DNA of 64,000 nucleotides from Polyangiales bacterium (GTDB taxonomy: Bacteria; Myxococcota_A; Polyangia; Polyangiales; JADJQN01), in the NCBI GenBank assembly GCA_964202905.1, contig CAXNJO010000004.1:128001-192000 (forward strand), written 5' to 3'. Positions 31,782-40,117 of the stretch are shown one piece after another. The notes beneath the pieces are model-generated. The model was given only the letters and a program-made list of their open reading frames with translations, ran no database searches and was not told the DNA's origin. Positions within the stretch are counted from its first letter, which is position 1; each line of letters opens with the position of its first letter. Both the position numbers and the translations under genes were made by a program.

Positions 31782-32852
31782 TCAGCCGACGACGGGCAGC
31801 CGGAGCCGCGTGCCGGTGGCGCCGTCGGCCCAGGCGCCGCGCCAACGGGGACGCTCCGCGACGGGGCCCGAGGGGGCGTCGCCGCGCCAGTGAGGCTTGC
31901 CGAAGTGCGCGAGGCAGCCGTTGCAGGGGAACGCGTCCCACGCATCGCCTGGGCCGGCCGCGATCGCAGCGAGTCGGGCCGCCTGCGTGTCGTGGATGAT
32001 CGTGAGCAGGCGCCCGTGCGCGGCCGGGAGCGACATCGTCGTGAGATCGCCCGCGATGTCCGAGCGGGTTCCCGACGCCGGGGTCCCCGCGTGCTGGCAG
32101 CAGAGGTTGAGTCGGCCCTCGACGTCGACGTGGAGCGTGTCGCTGCGGAACGGGTCGCACACGTGGAAGCGCGCCGCCTTTGGAAAGCCCTCGGGCATCG
32201 AGACGGGGACGGTGAGGACCGCGCTCAGCCGCTCGATGCGGTCGACGATGGCTGTCCACTCGTGCGCTGGGATGAAGAGCGCCGCGTCGAGCTTCGTGCC
32301 CGTCGCCTGCAACCAGGCGAAGGAGACGCGCGCCGCGCCGAGCTGCGCGGCCTGGAACGCGAAGGCCTCGATCTCATGTCGGTTCTTCGCGTGGACGACC
32401 ATCTGCAGCACGAACGGGATGCCGAGGCCCTCGCACGCCGCGATGGCCGACATGACCTCGCGAAAGCTGCCGGCGCCGCGGATCTCGTCGTGCACGCCCT
32501 CGGTCGCGCCGTCGAGGGAGAAGTCGAGCATCGTCAACGCGGCACGTCGCGCGGGGGCCGCGGCGAGGCCGGCGATCACGAAGGGCATCTGCGAGCCGTT
32601 CGTCACCATGTGCCACGACATGCCGTGTGCCGCGATGGCGTCGAGGACATGGAGGAACTGCGGATGGAGGGTGGGCTCGCCGCCCGTCAGTGCGACGTGC
32701 TCGACCGCATACACGGTGCGCGCTTCGCCGAGGACGCGCTCGAGCACGGGCAAGGCCAGATCCCGCGGCTGCAGGCCGGGGTCGCGCAGGCAATGTTGGC
32801 AGTTGAGATTGCAGCGATCCGTGAGGTGGAATGCGACCTGTCGCGATGTCAT
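31782..32852 (-). CDS. Radical SAM enzyme with Cys-rich (SPASM/twitch-like) C-terminus
   Basis: CNLNCQHC, LTGGEPTLHP, VTNG, FSLDG...HDEIRG; extra Cys in HVCDPF, NLCCQH, FPCNGC. Confidence 0.92.
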   Translation of the reverse strand: MTSRQVAFHLTDRCNLNCQHCLRDPGLQPRDLALPVLERVLGEARTVYAVEHVALTGGEPTLHPQFLHVLDAIAAHGMSWHMVTNGSQMPFVIAGLAAAPARRAALTMLDFSLDGATEGVHDEIRGAGSFREVMSAIAACEGLGIPFVLQMVVHAKNRHEIEAFAFQAAQLGAARVSFAWLQATGTKLDAALFIPAHEWTAIVDRIERLSAVLTVPVSMPEGFPKAARFHVCDPFRSDTLHVDVEGRLNLCCQHAGTPASGTRSDIAGDLTTMSLPAAHGRLLTIIHDTQAARLAAIAAGPGDAWDAFPCNGCLAHFGKPHWRGDAPSGPVAERPRWRGAWADGATGTRLRLPVVG

Positions 32853-32889
32853 GGCCGCTTCTCTCGGACTGCTGCGAGCGCCCCGTGGC

Positions 32890-33063
32890 TCAGCCGCTCG
32901 ACGTCAGGCCGGTCGCCGAGACGCCGCCGCCGCTGAAGAGCGTGGCCCGTTGCACGGAGCGCCGACGAAGGACCTTCGGGGCCTCGTAGGGACGGCGCGT
33001 GTCGGACGACGTCGTGGGCACGGGGGTCTCGCTCGGCGGTAGGGTGCGGTCGTTCGTGGTCAT
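32890..33063 (-). CDS. Putative RiPP precursor peptide, 57 aa (not in ORF track)
   Basis: Manual translation MTTNDRTLPPSETPVPTTSSDTRRPYEAPKVLRRRSVQRATLFSGGGVSATGLTSSG; GAGGAG RBS; YxxPx(V/L) motif and candidate Thr-2; GC-rich third positions; fills the gap between sulfotransferase and rSAM. Confidence 0.8.
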   Translation of the reverse strand: MTTNDRTLPPSETPVPTTSSDTRRPYEAPKVLRRRSVQRATLFSGGGVSATGLTSSG

Positions 33064-33141
33064 ACGCTCCTCGGGCCCGGAGTCCGTTGCGCGCGGACGG
33101 CGGCAGATTCAGCGCGCAGTTACCACGATACCGGGCCGGTG

Positions 33142-34116
33142 TCATCCCCACCCCCCGAGGCGGGTGCGGCGCACGAGCTCGCGCAGGGCGTGGACGCGCC
33201 GGCCGCGGGTGGCCACGCCCGCCGCGACGCGCTCGGCGAGGCGCTCGAGGCGCGTGCGGCCGAGCGCGAGCTGCCAAGCCGGTGACCAAGGCGCGTCGGG
33301 GGTGATCGCGTAGCCGAGAGCGGCGAAGCTCGGATCGCCGACGAAGGCGGCCGTGACACGGTGTCGGGCCTCGGCCGAGAGTTCGCGCCGCCACGCGTCG
33401 GCGCGGCTCGCATCGGGCGCGCGTCCAATCGCCGCCGCGCTGTACCAGGCGCCATCGGCGGCGAGGGCGGCGTCGTGCGCGCGGCGCTCGGGCGCGAGCG
33501 CGGCCTCGTCGAAGGGGACTTCGAGAAACGCGCAGACGCCCTCGGCCACGGTGCGCGGGGTGGTCGCGAGCTCTTCGAAGCGGACGAGCAGGGTGCGCCC
33601 GGGATGTGCGCGCCGCGCGGCGACCACGGCGTCGGTGCACTTCTTCACGGTGAAGATCGCTGACGCGAGGTCATGGGTCATCCACGGTGTGGGGCGTTGG
33701 AGGTGGCGCGCGCGGCGGCCGACCTCGAGCAGCGAGTGCACCGTCGCGCGGGGGTCGCGGACGCAGAGGACCATCCGCGCGTCGGGCAGCATGTCGAGGA
33801 GCGCGGGGGCTTCGAGGACATTCCACGGCGTCTTGTCGAGGAGCAGGCGGGCACTGCGCCGCGCGCCGTAGCCGTCGAGCAGGGCGCGGAGGTACTCGCC
33901 GCTCGCGCGGTCGATCGTGGCGCGGTCGAAATACACCGCGTGTCGTCCGGCTTCGACGCGCGCGAGGAGCGCGCCGCGGAGTCGGACCAGATCCGGGACG
34001 ACGTCGAGTTCGGGCCCGCTCGCGACGCCGGGAAGGCCATCGAGCATCGTCTGCAAGAGCGTCGAGCCGGTTCGAGGGGCGCCGGCAATGAAGGCGAAAC
34101 GGAGCGCGTCGCTCAT
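33142..34116 (-). CDS. PAPS-dependent sulfotransferase
   Basis: GAPRTGSTLL (5'-PSB), DKTPWN, VRDPRATVHS (3'-PB), VRFEEL. Confidence 0.9.
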   Translation of the reverse strand: MSDALRFAFIAGAPRTGSTLLQTMLDGLPGVASGPELDVVPDLVRLRGALLARVEAGRHAVYFDRATIDRASGEYLRALLDGYGARRSARLLLDKTPWNVLEAPALLDMLPDARMVLCVRDPRATVHSLLEVGRRARHLQRPTPWMTHDLASAIFTVKKCTDAVVAARRAHPGRTLLVRFEELATTPRTVAEGVCAFLEVPFDEAALAPERRAHDAALAADGAWYSAAAIGRAPDASRADAWRRELSAEARHRVTAAFVGDPSFAALGYAITPDAPWSPAWQLALGRTRLERLAERVAAGVATRGRRVHALRELVRRTRLGGWG

Positions 34117-35087
34117 GGGACGCCTCCCGAGGCTGCGTCGATGCGCCGCCAGACGGCATGCGGATCGTCGAAGAAATCAGGGCCGGGGACGAGCGTGACC
34201 GTGGACGCTTGCGCCGCGAGAACGCCCAAGAGCGCGAAATGCGCCTGCCGCCATGGCAACCCCTCGGCAGCGAGCAGCGCGGACGACTCGAGGAGACCCG
34301 AGAACCCTTCGGCCGGCGCGACGCGCTCGACGTGCGTGCGCGGTGCGCGATCTGCGGAGATCAGGAGGATGCGGTCGACGTGCCGCGGCGACGACGGTGC
34401 AGGGGCGCGGCGGGCCTCGAGCCGTGCGGGCGCGATCTCGTCCCAGCCGAGGGCGCTGAGCCCCGGCAGGCGCGGCAGGGCCTCCGCAGACAGATGGAAA
34501 GGGCGCGGGAGCGGGGCGGCGATCGCGTGCCGATCGCCCTCGGAAAGCAGACAGGCGTCGTCGCTGAGCATGCTCAGCCCCGCCTCACCGAGCAGCGCGG
34601 TCGTGGTGCTCTTGCCCGCGCCGCTCGGTCCGACGAGGAGGAGCGTTTGCCCGTCGCGGGTCGCGCAGAGGCCGGCATGTACGTGGAAGCGCGCGTGCCA
34701 ACGGAGCGCGAGCACGAGCGCGATGTTCAGTGTCGTGCGGGCGAAGATGCCCCGCGGATCGAGCGCGGGCTCGGTGAGTGCGGCGTGGATGGCGCGGCCC
34801 CCGGGGTCGACGCGCACGCACGCCGAACCGTCTTCGACATGCAGTGCGCCGTCGTCGTCGGCGTGGACCTGCACGCGCCCGTGGAAGAACGACGCGACGG
34901 CGCTCGGCGCGCGCGGCGGGAGCGCCTCGACGAGCGCGAGGGATACGTGCGCGTGCGCCGGCTTGGCGCCGGGCATCGCGGGGGCAAGCGGGCCGAGGGG
35001 CGCGAACGCGGACTTCGGGATGCGCGCGTCGCGCGTGATGCGGAAGGTGATGTCCCCGAGGCGGAGGATGGGCAGATCGTGGGTCAT
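34113..35087 (-). CDS. HPr-kinase-like P-loop kinase (lasso-cluster kinase type)
   Basis: VHAG, GPSGAGKSTT, LSDD; ATGA overlaps at both ends (start 35087). Confidence 0.8.
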   Translation of the reverse strand: MTHDLPILRLGDITFRITRDARIPKSAFAPLGPLAPAMPGAKPAHAHVSLALVEALPPRAPSAVASFFHGRVQVHADDDGALHVEDGSACVRVDPGGRAIHAALTEPALDPRGIFARTTLNIALVLALRWHARFHVHAGLCATRDGQTLLLVGPSGAGKSTTTALLGEAGLSMLSDDACLLSEGDRHAIAAPLPRPFHLSAEALPRLPGLSALGWDEIAPARLEARRAPAPSSPRHVDRILLISADRAPRTHVERVAPAEGFSGLLESSALLAAEGLPWRQAHFALLGVLAAQASTVTLVPGPDFFDDPHAVWRRIDAASGGVP

Positions 35088-36085
35088 CGCCCGAGGAGCC
35101 GTCGGGCGTACGCGCTCGCCAGCGAGGTGGACGACGTGCCGGGCCGCGATGCACGCACGTAGCGCGGGTGGGGAAAGATCAGCCAGGGGAGTTGGGAGCG
35201 CTCGTGTCGGGCGATCTGCAACGCGCGCCGCAGGGAGCGCTCGGCGTGTCGCCACACCGACCCGCGCCGATCATCGGCGAGCGTTCGGGCGAGCGCGTCG
35301 GCGTCGCCGGCGTGCGCGGCCCGGGTGAGCGCCTCGAGGGTCGCGACGCCGCGTGCGGCGTGGGGATCGCGGACGATCGTGCGCCAGGTCGCGGCCGAGA
35401 CGTGCACGCGGACCGCACGCAGATCGAGCGCGTGGCGGAGCACGCCGCGGCGCGTGTCGTGATGGTGTCGTTCGACGTGTCGGCAGAGACCGACGGCGAT
35501 CGCGACGTTCGAGGGGATGCGGACCTCGCCGTGCGGCGTCGTGCACCGCTGCGTCTCGGCGAGCGGGCGTGCGACCACGTGGAGATCGACCGTCGCGCCG
35601 CCGGGCGCTTGCCAGACGCCGCCCGGCCACTCGTGGCCCGAGCGCACGTGCCCATCGTGTCGCAGCGTAGGGAGCAGGCGATGGCCCGTCGCCGCGAGCG
35701 CGCGCGTCGCGGCGGGGGCGTCTTCCCGCGTGACGAGCACGTCGACGTCCGACGCGTAGCGCGCGCCGGGCGCGAGCACGCCTGCGGCGAGGAGCGCGGC
35801 GCCCTTGACGACGACGGCCTGCGGGCACGCCGCGCAGATGGACGCGGCGCTTCGCAGCGAGAGGGCCGCGTGGACCGCGGCGTCTGCGCGTGCGTCGTCG
35901 AGCGCGTCGCGGACGTCGTCGGGGGCCTCGGGGAGAGCGTCAGCCAGGGAGGCGCGCAGCCCCTCGAGCACCGCGACACGTGCGGCCTCGGCGAGCACGG
36001 TCCGCCATCCCGCGTGCGTCGCCGGCGCAACGCCGAGAAGCAGCGCGCGGACCAGCGCGAGGCGCGCCTCCGGCGTCTCAGCCAT
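35084..36085 (-). CDS. Nucleotidyltransferase (NTP_transf_5-like family)
   Basis: VVVKGAAL, RYASDVDVLV, VDLH, LDLR motifs. Confidence 0.82.
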   Translation of the reverse strand: MAETPEARLALVRALLLGVAPATHAGWRTVLAEAARVAVLEGLRASLADALPEAPDDVRDALDDARADAAVHAALSLRSAASICAACPQAVVVKGAALLAAGVLAPGARYASDVDVLVTREDAPAATRALAATGHRLLPTLRHDGHVRSGHEWPGGVWQAPGGATVDLHVVARPLAETQRCTTPHGEVRIPSNVAIAVGLCRHVERHHHDTRRGVLRHALDLRAVRVHVSAATWRTIVRDPHAARGVATLEALTRAAHAGDADALARTLADDRRGSVWRHAERSLRRALQIARHERSQLPWLIFPHPRYVRASRPGTSSTSLASAYARRLLGR

Positions 36086-36362
36086 GCGACACGACGACGA
36101 GCGCGTCCGCGATGAGGTCGTCGAGCAGCGCTGCGACGTCTCGCTCGGCGTCGGCTTCGGTGCACGCGAACTGCGCCACGAGCGTTGCCGTGAGCGTCGC
36201 GCGCGGTGCCTTGCCGGCCTGCAACACGCGAAACACGCGCGCTGCCGTCGTGTTCAGCGTGTAATAGAACTTCGTGTCGAGGTGCAGGAGCACCGCGGTG
36301 CCGTCCGGGAGATCCGTGGCGACGACGCGGTCGCTCGCCTGAAATTGAGGTGTGTCGCTCAT
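36078..36362 (-). CDS. PqqD-family RiPP recognition element (lasso B1-like), 94 aa
   Basis: AVLLHLDTKFYYTLNTTAARVF...DVAALLDDLIADALV; ATGA overlap with B2 stop. Confidence 0.9.
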   Translation of the reverse strand: MSDTPQFQASDRVVATDLPDGTAVLLHLDTKFYYTLNTTAARVFRVLQAGKAPRATLTATLVAQFACTEADAERDVAALLDDLIADALVVVSHG

Positions 36363-36865
36363 GGTGTCGTTGGGCACGGGGGGACGCGGAGCAGGGGAGA
36401 GTACCCGGTTGTCTCGCGGTCGAGGACCGGGGTGCCATCGACCTCGGCCCATGCGTGGCACGGCCCGTCGAGGTCGTTCAGCGGGGCGCCGAGCACGAGC
36501 GCCGCGTCCCAGCCCAGGCGCCGCAAGAGCACGGTGCGGCCGACGGCCCGATCGAGGCAGTTCGGCGTGTGGCGCCCGGCCGTGAGCCCCGCGAGCGCGT
36601 CGGCGAGCCGCACCGCGGTGACCGCCTCCGGCCAGGGCCAGCGTGCGCTGCGCCGCACCCCGCGTGGATCGAGACGGGCGACGAGCGCATCGACGGGCGT
36701 ACGTGCGAGGAGCGGTCGAATCCGCCGCCGCGCGAGGACGTTGCCGACGACGACGCGCACGCCCGCGACGCCGTGCCGCCCCAGCCAGCCGAGGACCTCG
36801 TGGCGCAGCCGCGTCACGGGGAGAGCGTCGAGCCTGGGTGTGCGCGGGTCAAGGATCGACCGCAC
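36359..36865 (-). CDS. Lasso-type B2 transglutaminase-like leader peptidase
   Basis: NCLDRA...LRRLG...LVLG...CHAWAEVDG (catalytic Cys/His pattern); start uncertain (GTG 36865 or 36817). Confidence 0.85.
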   Translation of the reverse strand: MRSILDPRTPRLDALPVTRLRHEVLGWLGRHGVAGVRVVVGNVLARRRIRPLLARTPVDALVARLDPRGVRRSARWPWPEAVTAVRLADALAGLTAGRHTPNCLDRAVGRTVLLRRLGWDAALVLGAPLNDLDGPCHAWAEVDGTPVLDRETTGYSPLLRVPPCPTTP

Positions 36866-37772
36866 GGAGGCACTCCACTGGATGACGTGGCGTGGTCGCG
36901 AGCGTGAGCCAGAGCGCGCCCTCGCCCGTCTGCACGAGGACGTGCGGCCCGCTTTGCGCGAGGACGCAGCCAGGGGCGGGGGCGTCCGCGGGCGCCGTGT
37001 GGTCGACGATGCGGGCCGCGAGCGCGCGTACGCGCCGCCCACGCGCGTCGCGGAAGTGTCCGCCGTTCGCTGCTTGGATCCGCCGGGCGACGTCCTGCGC
37101 CGCCCGGGTCAGATCAGGCTGGAGTTCGGCGCTGCGGGGCCGGGGCTCGAGCGCTCCGGTCGGCTGCGGGCGGGCTCTCTCGGGTGTGTCGCGGATCGCG
37201 GCGAGGATGCCGGGCAGCGCCGCCGCCGCGAGCCCGAGCAAGCGCTGCGTCAGGAGATCGCACGAGTCGCCCGGCAGGATGGGCGTCTCCTCGGCCCAGA
37301 GGATCGGGCCGGCGTCGAGCTCGGGCGTCATGCGATGCACGCTCACGCCCGTGGAGGCGTCGCCCGCGAGCAATGCGCGCTCGACGGGGCGTGGGCCGCG
37401 GTGGGCCGGGAGCAGCGACGGATGCACGTTCCAGCCGCCAAGTGGCAGACGCGACAGCACGGAGTCGGGGATTCTCACGGGGAAACCGGCGCAAATCAGG
37501 AGATCCGCCTGCGCCCGGAGCACCCGAGCCCAGTCCGCCTCGCCGCGGACGCGCACGACGGGCACCCCGATGCTGCGCGCGAGGCGTACGACGGCGGGGC
37601 GGCGTTGCGGGCGCAGCGCGTCGCGGGCGTCGCGCGCGACCTGACGCCATGGGCTCACCCCCGGCAGCACGCACGCGACCAGATCGTGCCCAGCGAGGCG
37701 CACCGCGTGTGCGACGACCACCGCGTGCCCCACGAACACGGCACGCAGGGCTCGGCGGAGGGGTGGGGTCAC
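36849..37772 (-). CDS. N10-formyl-THF-dependent formyltransferase (Fmt/ArnA-like)
   Basis: NVHPSLLPAHRGPRP, GVSVHRMTPELDAGPI, Fmt-like C-domain; start taken as GTG 37772. Confidence 0.85.
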   Translation of the reverse strand: MTPPLRRALRAVFVGHAVVVAHAVRLAGHDLVACVLPGVSPWRQVARDARDALRPQRRPAVVRLARSIGVPVVRVRGEADWARVLRAQADLLICAGFPVRIPDSVLSRLPLGGWNVHPSLLPAHRGPRPVERALLAGDASTGVSVHRMTPELDAGPILWAEETPILPGDSCDLLTQRLLGLAAAALPGILAAIRDTPERARPQPTGALEPRPRSAELQPDLTRAAQDVARRIQAANGGHFRDARGRRVRALAARIVDHTAPADAPAPGCVLAQSGPHVLVQTGEGALWLTLATTPRHPVECLRAVDP

Positions 37773-37916
37773 CGTCCGCGAGTTTGACCCATCGGGACGT
37801 GGCGGCCATGCGCCTCCGCGCCGGGGCGGCGACGCCGCGATCGGGACGCGCGCGCCAACCGTCGAACGTGCACAGCTCCGTTGTGCCCGCGCCGAGTCCG
37901 GGATTAGAGTCGCGCC

Positions 37917-40088
37917 ATGGGCTTCCGAAGCTTGTTGCAAACGTCTTGCAGGGCGGGGCTCCTCGCGGCCTGCGTTGGGTCAGCAGGTTGCGCCAGCGAG
38001 CTGGTGCCACGCGTCGAGGCGATCTGCGACGGGGCGAGCGACTGCCTCGACGCCGATGTCGAAGCGCTCCTCGATGCGTCGGTCGACGCGGCGATCGGCG
38101 ACGACGCCGGTGCCTCCCCCGATGGCGGGGAACGCGGCGACGCCGGCAACGAGACCGCCGATGCGGCCGTGGTGGACGCGGAGTTGGGCGATGCGGCGCT
38201 CGCCGACGCCTCCGACGCAGCGGCCCCCGACGGAGGTTCTTCGGACGCGGGGCCCCCAGACGCCGGCCCTCCGGCGTGCACCTGGTCCCCGTACGGGGAG
38301 GGCATCACCGGCGGGCAGGTGAACTGGGCCGCGTTCGACCCTGCCGAGCCGGGACGCATCTGGGCGACGACCCCGACACAAGTCCTTCGCACGACAGCGG
38401 GCGCGACGTGGGCCGAGACCGGGCGTCCCGGGAGCTCGGTCACCAGCCTCGCGCTCCCTCGCGATGGGCTCCCCCTGATCGGCGCTTCGTCGGATGGTCT
38501 GCGTCGCTCCGACGATGACGGCGTCACCTGGCGCGCGGGCGCGCTGGGCGGGCTGTCCATCACGAGCGTCGTGCGCAGCCCCGCGGACCCCCGCGTGCTG
38601 TTCGCGACCACCAGCGGAGGCGGCTTCTTCATCTCGTCGGACGGTGGGACGGGCTGGCGCTCAGCCGGCTTCGGGCTCTCGCCGTCTGCGGTGCTGGCCG
38701 TGGCGCCCGACCCCCGGGGCGGGCGCGACGTGGTCGCCGGCGGCCCCTACCTCAACGCGACCGGGGGCTGGTCAGACACGGGCTTCCTCGCGCGCTCGTC
38801 GGACGGCGGTGTCACATACGCTGTCGTCTTCACCGAGACTGGACGCACCCAGGCGCTCGCACGCTGCCCCGGCGATCCGGACGTGCTCGTCTCCGCGCAC
38901 GTCTACGGCATGGCGCGCAGCCGCGACGGCGGTCGCACGTTCACGCGCATCGCGCCGACGGTCTTCGGCAACACGGGAGCTGTCGCGCTTGCGGGCGCTG
39001 CGTGCGAGACCGTCTACGCGACGCGCATCGGACAGGGCGTGATGCGCTCGCGCGATGGCGGGGACACGTGGGAGGGGCCGTTGCGAGAGGGCATGACGCT
39101 CGTCCCGGGTCAGACTCCCCGGGGCCTCAGCGTCGACCCCGCGGATCCGCGGCACGTCGTCGCGTCGTCGAGCGGCGGTCTGTTCGAGACCTTCGACGGC
39201 GGCGATCGTTGGACCCCTGTGCCCGGCATCGGCATCCCGGTGCTCCGTGCGGTGCGCGCGAGCGAAGCGGAGCCCGCGACGCTGTGGCTCGCGACTTGGG
39301 GGCTCGGCGTGTGGATGCGACCGCCGGGCGATGTCTGGCGCTTCGTCTCCGGCGTCCCGCGCGATCTCGTGAACTCCGTGCGCGAGGACGCCGAAGGCCG
39401 CGTCTTTTCCATGGGATATCGGTCGCCCGACCGCGTGGCGTTCACGAACCCCGGGCCGATGGGCAACGTGTTCGACGTCGCCACCGATCCGGGTGCGCCG
39501 GACGTCGTGTGGGCGGTCACGCAGACACTCGGCATCTGGCGCTCCTCGAACGGCGGCGTGACCTTCACGCAGGCGAACGGCGGCCTCGCGCCGTGGGTGA
39601 CGCCCGTGGGCACGTTCGTCGACGCGCGGTCCGTCCTGGTGACCGCGGGCGCCGTGCTCGTCGGCACGCAGGGGCGTGGTGTGGCGAGAAGCACCGACGA
39701 CGGCGCGTCGTTCGCCCTCGACCCGTCCGGGGACGGGCGACGGATCAGCTGCCTCGAGTCGCTCGGCGACGCGGGCGTCGTCGCCTGTGTGAGCGCGGCC
39801 GACCCCGGCTTCCTGCTCTCGCGCGACGCAGGGCTCACGTGGAGCCCATGGAACGATGGGCTCGCGTCGCTCGACGTCGCAGGCATCGTGCGTGACCCCC
39901 GGACGGGGTCGGTCTACGCGACGACCTCGGAAGGCGTCTACGTGCGGGGCGTGGACCGATGGGAGCCCGTCGAGCCGGGCTGTCTCCAGCCCGGTCTTGG
40001 CGCACCGACGGTCCAGCGCGACGGCGACGGACGCTCGTACCTCGTCGTCCCGGCGCCGGAAGCCCTGCTCGTGCGCCGCCCGATCTGA
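37917..40088 (+). CDS. BNR/Asp-box repeat beta-propeller lipoprotein
   Basis: Lipobox SAGC, D/A/G-rich linker, repeated SxDGGxTW motifs (SDDDGVTW, SSDGGTGW, SRDGGDTW, TFDGGDRW, SRDAGLTW). Confidence 0.85.
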   Translation: MGFRSLLQTSCRAGLLAACVGSAGCASELVPRVEAICDGASDCLDADVEALLDASVDAAIGDDAGASPDGGERGDAGNETADAAVVDAELGDAALADASDAAAPDGGSSDAGPPDAGPPACTWSPYGEGITGGQVNWAAFDPAEPGRIWATTPTQVLRTTAGATWAETGRPGSSVTSLALPRDGLPLIGASSDGLRRSDDDGVTWRAGALGGLSITSVVRSPADPRVLFATTSGGGFFISSDGGTGWRSAGFGLSPSAVLAVAPDPRGGRDVVAGGPYLNATGGWSDTGFLARSSDGGVTYAVVFTETGRTQALARCPGDPDVLVSAHVYGMARSRDGGRTFTRIAPTVFGNTGAVALAGAACETVYATRIGQGVMRSRDGGDTWEGPLREGMTLVPGQTPRGLSVDPADPRHVVASSSGGLFETFDGGDRWTPVPGIGIPVLRAVRASEAEPATLWLATWGLGVWMRPPGDVWRFVSGVPRDLVNSVREDAEGRVFSMGYRSPDRVAFTNPGPMGNVFDVATDPGAPDVVWAVTQTLGIWRSSNGGVTFTQANGGLAPWVTPVGTFVDARSVLVTAGAVLVGTQGRGVARSTDDGASFALDPSGDGRRISCLESLGDAGVVACVSAADPGFLLSRDAGLTWSPWNDGLASLDVAGIVRDPRTGSVYATTSEGVYVRGVDRWEPVEPGCLQPGLGAPTVQRDGDGRSYLVVPAPEALLVRRPI

Positions 40089-40117
40089 CGTGACAGGGTC
40101 GGCCCTCCGGAGGGCAG

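Noticed and set aside
31782..36362. PQQ or mycofactocin biosynthesis (PqqD plus radical SAM)
   Set aside because: Peptide lacks the ExxxY and IDGxCGVY motifs; no pqqB/pqqC or mft accessory genes.
32890..36865. Conventional lasso peptide cluster
   Set aside because: No asparagine-synthetase-like cyclase in the window and no Asp/Glu in the predicted core.
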